From Cytophagaceae bacterium (lineage in GTDB: Bacteria > Bacteroidota > Bacteroidia > Cytophagales > Spirosomataceae), in assembly GCA_947450365.1 (NCBI GenBank), contig CANFVE010000001.1:26538-90537 (forward strand): DNA of 64,000 nt, in the 5' to 3' direction. Position 1 is the first letter of the stretch. Every line of letters starts with the position of its first letter. The position numbers were made by a program, and so were the translations under genes. Below are positions 46,545 through 54,234 of the stretch, in pieces. The notes under the pieces were generated by a model. It made no database searches, was not told the origin of the DNA, and was given only the letters and a program-made list of their open reading frames with translations.

Positions 46545-48299
46545 TTATTGTTTTGCTGCCCAGCGGTCCATTTTTTGTTCTAAAATATCCAAGGACATGT
46601 TTCCGTCTTTGAGGAGTTCGTCGTGGAAATTGGATAATTTGAATTTGCTGCCTAGTTGTTTAGCCAAGCGTTCTCTGATTTCTCGGATTTTCAGTGCCCC
46701 GATTTTATAGCTCAATGCTTGTGCTGGGATGGCCATATAGCGTTCGATTTCGGCAGTGGCGCCCTGTTCGCTGATGGGTTCGTTGGCCATCATATAGGCA
46801 ATGGCCTCTTCGCGGCTCATGTTTTTGGAGTGCATCCCGGCGTCCACGACAAGTCGAATCGCCCGGTGAATTTCATCGCCTAATGCGCCCATGTATTGGT
46901 ATGGATCCGTGTAAAGACCTAATTCTTTGCCTAAACTTTCCGTATATAGGGCCCATCCTTCTGCGTAGGCCGAATTTCCGCCAAAACGACGGAATTTCGG
47001 TAGACTTTTATTTTCCTGTTGGATGCTAATTTGGTAATGATGCCCTGGAATCGCTTCGTGTAGGAAAAGACTTTCCATGCCGCTGGTGACATTGAATTTA
47101 CTTGCATCCAGAATAGGTACATAAAAAATACCGGGTCGGTTACTTTCTTCGGAACCTTGGAAATATTCGGCGGAAGCGGAGGCTGCCCGGAAGGCTTCGG
47201 TTTGGCGAATCTCAAAGGGTGTTTTCGGGGTTTTGCCAAACATATTTTTCAAAGAAGGTTCCATTTTTTTATGAATTGCATGAAAAGCGGCGAGTACCTC
47301 GGCTGGTGTTTTGTAGGGATAGAAGGATGGATCCGTTTTCATGTGTTCGAAAAATGCGGGCAGATCGCCTTTGAAACCCACTTTATTTTTCGTGTTTTCC
47401 ATTTCGGTGCGGATGCGTTTCACTTCGGCCAAACCGGTTTCGTAGATTTCCTGCGCGGGTTTCCGGGTGGTGGTCATGGCTTCGATGAGGTATTCGTAAT
47501 AGGCGGCGCCATTGGGAAGCGCGCCGATGCCTGAACTTTTCCGGCCTTTTGGCAGGTATTCATTTTTCATGAAGGTGGATAGACGGGCATAGGCTGGAAG
47601 AATTTCTTCTTGGATTTTTTTCGTGTATTCGGCGGTGAATTGTGCTTTGTCGCTAGCTGAGAATTCTTTCGGAAATTGCTTCAAAGGGCCATAAAAGGTG
47701 CTCTCTTTAATGTCTTTGACTTGGAATGCGTCTAATTGCGGAATGATTTTTTGAATCAAAGCGCTTGGAAGTACGTAATTCGCGGCGATGCCTTTGCGGA
47801 AATAGACGATGGAACTATCTAGGTACTGTGCTCCTACGGACATCCGTTTCGCCCAGTTTTCGTAGTCTTTTTTCGTGGCAAAGGGTTGAATCACCGAGCC
47901 GCTGCCTAATTGCGCAAAGAGGAGATGAAAGCCATAAAACTGGTTAAGTGGAATGAGGTTGTCTGGAAAGCTGAGGCCTTTTTGACTTAATTCGAGATCG
48001 CGTTTTAGGATATCATAGGAAATTTGATCGTTTTCGTCGAGGTTATCTCGGGAAATGGATTCGAGGGATTTTTGGGTGGCGTCGACCAGGGATTTGACTT
48101 TAGCGCGGTGGGCGTCGGTGAAATCGATAGTGAGTTGGTCATTAAATCGGTTATCGCCGTTCGAGGTGGCGGACACGGGATTTAATTTAAGTTGTTCCTC
48201 GTAATAGGTGTCAATGAGTGTGGCTAAATCAGCCTTTTGGTCTTTTTTTTGGCATCCCATGGCGATGAGGATGCAGGCGAAGAGGAGTATTTTTTTCAT
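46545..48299 (-). CDS. DUF885 family lipoprotein (putative metallopeptidase)
   Basis: lipobox IAMGC; HEAIPGHH, EGWALY, PAQALSYKIG. Confidence 0.9.
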   Translation of the reverse strand: MKKILLFACILIAMGCQKKDQKADLATLIDTYYEEQLKLNPVSATSNGDNRFNDQLTIDFTDAHRAKVKSLVDATQKSLESISRDNLDENDQISYDILKRDLELSQKGLSFPDNLIPLNQFYGFHLLFAQLGSGSVIQPFATKKDYENWAKRMSVGAQYLDSSIVYFRKGIAANYVLPSALIQKIIPQLDAFQVKDIKESTFYGPLKQFPKEFSASDKAQFTAEYTKKIQEEILPAYARLSTFMKNEYLPKGRKSSGIGALPNGAAYYEYLIEAMTTTRKPAQEIYETGLAEVKRIRTEMENTKNKVGFKGDLPAFFEHMKTDPSFYPYKTPAEVLAAFHAIHKKMEPSLKNMFGKTPKTPFEIRQTEAFRAASASAEYFQGSEESNRPGIFYVPILDASKFNVTSGMESLFLHEAIPGHHYQISIQQENKSLPKFRRFGGNSAYAEGWALYTESLGKELGLYTDPYQYMGALGDEIHRAIRLVVDAGMHSKNMSREEAIAYMMANEPISEQGATAEIERYMAIPAQALSYKIGALKIREIRERLAKQLGSKFKLSNFHDELLKDGNMSLDILEQKMDRWAAKQ

Positions 48300-48420
48300 G
48301 ATGATGATGGTTAGTGAGCAATTTACATTTTTTTGGAGAGACACAAAAATTGTGTCTGAATGGGATTTTTTCTATTTTTAAGCAGCATTTATAGTCAAGA
48401 CACCTAAGAAAAATAAATTT

Positions 48421-51069
48421 ATGTCAGAATTGGGAGCCGAGCGGGCGCGATTAAAGCTACGAAATGATAATAAGGGTTGGAAAAAGTGGGGTCCCTATCT
48501 GACTGAGCGCCAATGGGGTACGGTTCGGGAGGATTATTCTGCCCATGGAAATGCTTGGGGGTCTACGACGCATGATATGGCGCGTTCCAAGGCCTATCGC
48601 TGGGGTGAAGAGGGAATCGGGGGGATATCGGATAATAAGCAGCATGTGTGTTTTGCTTTTTCTTTTTGGAATCATCGGGATCATATTTTAAAGGAGCGGT
48701 TTTTTGGATTGACGGGAGCGGAATCGAATCATGGCGAGGACGTGAAGGAATTGTATTATTATTTGGATTCTACGCCGACGCATTCCTATCAAAAAATGCT
48801 TTATAAATATCCGCATGCGACATTTCCATATGAAAAATTGATCGAGGAAAGTCGGAAGCGTTCGCGCTTGGAGCCTGAATATGAATTATTGGACACAGGG
48901 ATTTTTGATCGGGATGAGTATTTTGACATCACGATGGAATATGCGAAAGGGGATGAGCAAGATATATTAATTCAGGTCACGGTGGAAAATCGCGGGAAGG
49001 TTGCGGCACCGATCACGGTATTGCCTACGATTTGGTACCGAAATACGTGGTGCTGGGGCTATGAAAATTACAAATATAAGCCCTTGTTGACCGGCGTGGG
49101 TCATTCGTTTATTGAGGTGGATCATCGCTCGGTGGGGCGATTTAAGTTATATGCGGAAGAGGCGGATGAGTTTTTGTTTTGTGACAATGAGACGAATTTT
49201 GCACGTTTACATCAATCACCGAACTTATCGCATTTCACCAAAGATGGAATCAATGACTATGTGGTCAATAAAAATAAGCATGCTGTCAATCCGAATCATA
49301 TCGGGACAAAGGCGGCTGCGAAATATACGGTGAAGATTCCGCCGGGGGGTAAAAAGGTGTTTCGTTTGCGTTTGGTGGATCATACGATTAGTCAGCCATT
49401 TGCGGATTTTGATGAGATTTTTGCATTGAGATTACGGGAGGCGGATGAATTTTATGCGGATATGCAGGAGGGGATTGAGGATCCGGGATTATTGTCTTTG
49501 CAGCGGCAGTCGTATGCGGGGATGTTGTGGACGAAGCAGTGGTATTATTACAATGTTTTTGAGTGGATCAAAGGTGATCCGGCGATGCCGAAGCCGGATT
49601 CGAATCGGAAATTTGGTCGGAATAGTACCTGGCGGCATATGTATACGGCAAATATTTTGTCGATGCCGGATACATGGGAATATCCGTGGTTTGCGGCGTG
49701 GGATTTGGCGTTTCATACCTTGCCTTTGGCGCGCTTGGATCCGGATTTTGCGAAGCGTCAATTGGCGGTTATTTTGCGGGAGTATTACATGCATCCGAAT
49801 GGGCAGATACCGGCCTATGAGTGGTCGTTTTCGGATGTGAATCCGCCGGTGCATGCGTGGGCGACGTGGAAGGTCTATGAGATAGATAAGCAGATGAATG
49901 GGGGGAAAGGGGACGTGGTGTTTTTGGAGCGGATATTTCATAAGTTGTTGTTGAATTTTACCTGGTGGGTGAATTTGAAGGATGAGGGTGGGAATAATAT
50001 TTTTGGGGGTGGATTTTTGGGGATGGATAATATTGGGGTGTTTGATCGGTCGGCGACCTTGCCGACGGGCGGGCATTTGGAGCAGGCGGATGGAACGGGC
50101 TGGATGGCGATGTATTCCTTGAATATGTTGCGGATTGCGTGTGAGATTGCGATTGAGAATCCGGTGTATCAAGATATGGCGTCGAAGTTTTTTGAGCATT
50201 TCTTGCACATTGCGGGGGCGATGCAGGCGATTGGGGGGGAGAAGTTGAATTTATGGGATGAGGATGATCAGTTTTATTATGATATGTTGCATAAGGAGGA
50301 TGGGAGTGCGATGTTGTTGAAGGTGCGATCGATGGTGGGATTGATTCCATTGTTTGCGGTGGAGGTGTTGACGACGGATATGTTGGACAAATTGCCGGCA
50401 TTTAAGCGTCGGGTGGAGTGGGTGTTGAACAATCGGCCGGATTTGGCGAATTTGGTTTCGCGTTGGTATGAGCCGGGGAAGGGGGAGAGTCGCTTGTTGT
50501 CCATTTTGCGGGGGCATCGGATGAAGATGATATTGAAGCGGATGTTTGATGAGACGGAGTTTTTGTCGGATTATGGGATTCGGTCTTTGTCGAAATACCA
50601 CAAGGAAAATCCTTACAAATTTGTGTTTGATGGGGGTTCGGTGCAGGTGGATTATACGCCGGCGGAGTCGACGGGGGATATGTTTGGGGGGAATTCGAAT
50701 TGGCGTGGGCCGATTTGGTTTCCGATGAATTATTTGATTTTGGATTCATTGTCGAAGTTTTCGGATTATTATGGCACGGATTATGAGGTGGAATTTCCGA
50801 CAAATTCTGGTCACATGATGAACATTAAAGATGCGGCGGCGGGTGTTTCGCAGCGTTTATTGGCTATGTTTTTGCCTGACAAACATGGTAAAATTCCGAT
50901 GTATGGGGAATATGATAAAATGCAAAAGGACCCTAATTTCAAAGAAAATCATTTGTTTTTTGAATATTTCGATGGGGATACGGGAAAGGGATTGGGAGCG
51001 AATCACCAAACGGGATGGACGGGTTTGATTTCGGAGATTATTCGTCAATTGTATGGTAAGAAGGGTTAA
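48421..51069 (+). CDS. MGH1-like glucosidase, glycoside hydrolase family 63
   Basis: WGPYLTERQWGTVREDYS, WEYPWFAAWDLAFH, GGFLGMDNIG, NWRGPIW, HQTGWTG. Confidence 0.87.
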   Translation: MSELGAERARLKLRNDNKGWKKWGPYLTERQWGTVREDYSAHGNAWGSTTHDMARSKAYRWGEEGIGGISDNKQHVCFAFSFWNHRDHILKERFFGLTGAESNHGEDVKELYYYLDSTPTHSYQKMLYKYPHATFPYEKLIEESRKRSRLEPEYELLDTGIFDRDEYFDITMEYAKGDEQDILIQVTVENRGKVAAPITVLPTIWYRNTWCWGYENYKYKPLLTGVGHSFIEVDHRSVGRFKLYAEEADEFLFCDNETNFARLHQSPNLSHFTKDGINDYVVNKNKHAVNPNHIGTKAAAKYTVKIPPGGKKVFRLRLVDHTISQPFADFDEIFALRLREADEFYADMQEGIEDPGLLSLQRQSYAGMLWTKQWYYYNVFEWIKGDPAMPKPDSNRKFGRNSTWRHMYTANILSMPDTWEYPWFAAWDLAFHTLPLARLDPDFAKRQLAVILREYYMHPNGQIPAYEWSFSDVNPPVHAWATWKVYEIDKQMNGGKGDVVFLERIFHKLLLNFTWWVNLKDEGGNNIFGGGFLGMDNIGVFDRSATLPTGGHLEQADGTGWMAMYSLNMLRIACEIAIENPVYQDMASKFFEHFLHIAGAMQAIGGEKLNLWDEDDQFYYDMLHKEDGSAMLLKVRSMVGLIPLFAVEVLTTDMLDKLPAFKRRVEWVLNNRPDLANLVSRWYEPGKGESRLLSILRGHRMKMILKRMFDETEFLSDYGIRSLSKYHKENPYKFVFDGGSVQVDYTPAESTGDMFGGNSNWRGPIWFPMNYLILDSLSKFSDYYGTDYEVEFPTNSGHMMNIKDAAAGVSQRLLAMFLPDKHGKIPMYGEYDKMQKDPNFKENHLFFEYFDGDTGKGLGANHQTGWTGLISEIIRQLYGKKG

Positions 51070-51238
51070 GTTCGTTTGCGGTTTCGTTTTTTCGGTTTCA
51101 GGAGGATAGCTTGTAACCGTTTCTTCAGTAAATCGACGTCGGAATGTTGATGCATGTGGACAAGATTAGCCTTTGGAGGGGATTATTTTTGAGGAGGGTT
51201 TAGGTATAAATGGATTTCTAAAAAATAGAAAGGAAAAA

Positions 51239-51706
51239 ATGACAGCAGATGAAAATTTTGAGGCTTTGGGTTTGGTTTTGCCACCTGCGCCAAAACCGTT
51301 AGGGGTATACAAGCCGGGATTACGGGTGGATCATTTTTATTATGTGTCGGGGCATGGGCCGGTGATGTCAGATGGAAATTTGATTATTGGCCGGGTCGGC
51401 GAGGAGCTGGATATGGAGGCTGGGAAATTGGCGGCTCAGCAGGTGGGTTTAACGATATTGGCTACTTTGAAAGCACAATTGGGATCTTTGAATAAGATTA
51501 AACGCGTGGTGAAGGTATTGGGGATGGTGAATTGCACTTCGGATTTTGGTCGGCATCCCTATGTGATAAATGGGTGTTCGGAATTATTTGCAAAGGTTTG
51601 GGGGGAAGAAAACGGAATTGGTGTTCGCAGTGCGGTGGGGATGGGTACTTTGCCTGATAATATTCCGGTGGAAATTGAGGTGGTGTTTGAATTAGCATTG
51701 CCTTAG
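51239..51706 (+). CDS. RidA/YjgF family protein
   Basis: YVSGHGP, VKVLGMVN, INGCSEL, RSAVGM, PVEIE. Confidence 0.88.
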   Translation: MTADENFEALGLVLPPAPKPLGVYKPGLRVDHFYYVSGHGPVMSDGNLIIGRVGEELDMEAGKLAAQQVGLTILATLKAQLGSLNKIKRVVKVLGMVNCTSDFGRHPYVINGCSELFAKVWGEENGIGVRSAVGMGTLPDNIPVEIEVVFELALP

Positions 51707-51756
51707 GTACTAGCTCCGCCTTAGGAAATGGCTCGTCTCTAGCTTTGTCTCCGCTC

Positions 51757-51883
51757 TACCTTTGTCAATCCTTGCCGGTTTGACAAAGGTAAGTCGGGAA
51801 AATAGATTAATCAAATCACTTAGTTGATCATTTAATCCTAATCTTTCCTAGCTTTGTCAAACCGGGAAGGATTGACAAAGCTA
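51757..51883. repeat. Pair of 35-bp REP-like palindromes
   Basis: TACCTTTGTCAATCCTTGCCGGTTTGACAAAGGTA (51757-51791) and TAGCTTTGTCAAACCGGGAAGGATTGACAAAGCTA (51849-51883); cores are reverse complements with one mismatch. Confidence 0.85.
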
Positions 51884-51910
51884 AGTCGTGGGGACCATAA
51901 AGTCAAACCA

Positions 51911-52897
51911 CTAAACTGATATTTTCAGCATTGCCTTTAAGGCTTTGTAGGCCGGAACGCGAATCGATTCTTCCAGGTGGATTTCAGGTAATTCGTAATA
52001 CAGCGCATTGTACAATTTCTCCAAGGTATTCATTTTCATGTAGGGACATTCGGAGCAAGCGCATGTGTTTTGCTCATTCGAAGGAGCCGGAATCAAATGT
52101 TTATGAGGCACCGCATGTTTCATTTTGTGCAAAATACCTGCTTCGGTGGCCACGATGAAGGTTGAGGCAGAAGATGTTTCGACGAATTTTAACAAAGCCG
52201 TCGTTGAACCCACATAATCCGCTTCTTTCAAAATGACTTCTTTGCATTCAGGATGAGCAATCAACAACGCATCCGGGTATTCCGCCTTCAAAATCGCTAA
52301 TTTCTCTAACGAAATATCGATATGCACCATGCATGCCCCTTCCCACAAAATCAAATCGCGACCCGTTTTATGCGCCACATAGCGGCCTAAATTCGCATCC
52401 GGTGCAAAAATAATTTCCCGATCTGCAGGAATCGATTCGACGATTTGCACGGCATTGGACGACGTACAAATAATGTCCGTCATCGCCTTAATTTCGGCAG
52501 AACAATTGATATACGAAACCACCAAAGCCTCTGGATGTGCCGCCTTGAGCGCTGCAAATTCCGCCACCGGAACCGAATCCGCCAGCGAACAGCCCGCATT
52601 GAAATCAGGTACGACCACTTTTTGGGATGGATTTAAGATTTTTGCTGTTTCCCCCATGAAATGTACCCCGCAAAAAACAATTAAATCGGCCTCTGTCTTT
52701 TCCGCCGCCTGAGATAAACCCAAGGAATCACCCACATAATCCGCTAATTCTTGAATTTCTCCATCGACATAATAATGGGCTAAAATCACCGCATTTTTTT
52801 CCTTTTTCAAACGAAGGATTTCAGTGATTAATTCAGCGCCTTTGGGCGTTGAACGGGCGATATACCCGACAGCCGTAGCTTCTTCTGTTAAATTCAT
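51911..52897 (-). CDS. nadA: Quinolinate synthase
   Basis: ILAHYY, GDSLGL, FCGVHFMGET, GCSLAD, YINCSA, CPYMK. Confidence 0.96.
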   Translation of the reverse strand: MNLTEEATAVGYIARSTPKGAELITEILRLKKEKNAVILAHYYVDGEIQELADYVGDSLGLSQAAEKTEADLIVFCGVHFMGETAKILNPSQKVVVPDFNAGCSLADSVPVAEFAALKAAHPEALVVSYINCSAEIKAMTDIICTSSNAVQIVESIPADREIIFAPDANLGRYVAHKTGRDLILWEGACMVHIDISLEKLAILKAEYPDALLIAHPECKEVILKEADYVGSTTALLKFVETSSASTFIVATEAGILHKMKHAVPHKHLIPAPSNEQNTCACSECPYMKMNTLEKLYNALYYELPEIHLEESIRVPAYKALKAMLKISV

Positions 52898-53748
52898 ATC
52901 GCTTTTAAGCTTAAGTCCAAACTTTTTACTTGATGAGTCAGCGCACCCACCGAAATATAATCCACCCCCGTTTCCGCATAGGCACGGAGACTTTGTTCCG
53001 TAATTCCTCCCGAGGCTTCCGTGATGAAGCGTCCATCGATTTTTCGAATCGCATCCCGGAGACGAGCCGGACTAAAATTGTCCAACATTACGCGTTGGAT
53101 TCCCCCGATCGCCAAAACTTCCTCCAATTCCGCCTCATTTCGCACCTCTATCTCAATCGCCAAAGGTTCTGCCAACGCCCCATTGTATTCAAATGCCTTT
53201 CGTAAAGCCGCCTCGATCCCCCCCGCAAAATCCACATGGTTATCTTTGATTAAAATCATATCAAACAAAGCATATCGATGATTTTCCGCGCCTCCAATTT
53301 TACAGGCCCATTTTTCCGCTAAGCGAAAATTAGGGGTCGTTTTACGGGTATCTAATAATTTGGTCCGAGTTCCCTCTATTATTTTAACTAAAGAGCGCGT
53401 ATAGGTCGCGATGCCTGACATACGTTGCATACAATTTAAGACCAAACGTTCCGCTTTTAATATGGATTGGGCTAATCCGCGTACTTCTAATACCACTTGA
53501 CCCGGCTCGATCCATGTTCCATCGGATAGGAATACTTGTATGTCTAACTTGGCATCCACTTCCTTGAAAATGGCCAATGCCAATTCTACCCCTGCCAACA
53601 CCCCTCGATCTTTCACCAACAAGGCCGCACCCCCTACGGCATCCGCAGGTACGGTAGCTAAGGAAGTATGATCCCCTGAACCCACATCTTCCCGTAATGC
53701 TTCTTGTATAAAATGCCGAATGTTGGTTTCCGATAAATATGCGTACAT
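52894..53748 (-). CDS. nadC: Nicotinate-nucleotide diphosphorylase (quinolinate phosphoribosyltransferase)
   Basis: ERLVLN..QRMSGIAT, DTRKTTP, HR..L.D.ILIKDNH, MLDNF, EASGGI, ISVGALTH. Confidence 0.96.
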   Translation of the reverse strand: MYAYLSETNIRHFIQEALREDVGSGDHTSLATVPADAVGGAALLVKDRGVLAGVELALAIFKEVDAKLDIQVFLSDGTWIEPGQVVLEVRGLAQSILKAERLVLNCMQRMSGIATYTRSLVKIIEGTRTKLLDTRKTTPNFRLAEKWACKIGGAENHRYALFDMILIKDNHVDFAGGIEAALRKAFEYNGALAEPLAIEIEVRNEAELEEVLAIGGIQRVMLDNFSPARLRDAIRKIDGRFITEASGGITEQSLRAYAETGVDYISVGALTHQVKSLDLSLKAI

Positions 53749-53767
53749 GTTGCTGAATTTGCGAAGC

Positions 53768-53775
53768 CAAATTTA
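53768..53775 (-). promoter_or_regulatory. -7 element for nadC-nadA (TAAATTTG)
   Basis: TAnnTTTG on the minus strand 19 nt upstream of nadC ATG. Confidence 0.5.
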
Positions 53776-53803
53776 CGAATTAAAATCTTAGCCCGCGAAG
53801 AAA

Positions 53804-53833
53804 TTGATTTCTAAAAAAAATATCCTATTTTTG
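53804..53833 (+). promoter_or_regulatory. Bacteroidota promoter TTG-N19-TATTTTTG
   Basis: TTG 53804-53806, TATTTTTG-C 53826-53833, upstream of ORF 53843 and secDF. Confidence 0.55.
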
Positions 53834-53842
53834 CCTCCTATC

Positions 53843-54178
53843 ATGCAAAACAAAGTCAAGATATTTCAATTAATCCTGTTCATTCCCGTGCTTTTTTGGC
53901 TCGTGGCAAAACCGATTACACTTTTTTCGGCCGAAAAAACAGCGATTAAAACAGAAAAGAAAGGACTTCCTGCGAAAGCGACGGTGTATGCGGAACAGCA
54001 TGTGTACCAAGTTAGTTCTACGCCACAGGTGGATTTCCCAACTGATTTTGTGTTTACTTCCTTGCCAACACTCTCGTTGGAAAAATTACAGAAATCCATC
54101 AAATTGCCCTCGATTATTCATAGGACGCAATTTATGCGCATTTTATTAACTCAATTTATTGCCACCCTGGCGCCCTGA
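53843..54178 (+). CDS. Small hypothetical protein with N-terminal hydrophobic segment, upstream of secDF
   Basis: open frame with TM/signal-like stretch LILFIPVLFWLVA; ATG 9 nt after the -7 box. Confidence 0.55.
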   Translation: MQNKVKIFQLILFIPVLFWLVAKPITLFSAEKTAIKTEKKGLPAKATVYAEQHVYQVSSTPQVDFPTDFVFTSLPTLSLEKLQKSIKLPSIIHRTQFMRILLTQFIATLAP

Positions 54179-54234
54179 TGCGAGGCATTTCCTCCATTAT
54201 TTTTTTCTAATTTTCAATTTTTTAATTTCATATC

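Noticed and set aside
49489-50803. Several long antisense ORFs rich in P/T/H/I/Q within the GH63 gene
   Set aside because: By-product of the G+T-rich coding strand, which makes antisense stop codons rare; no recognisable domains.
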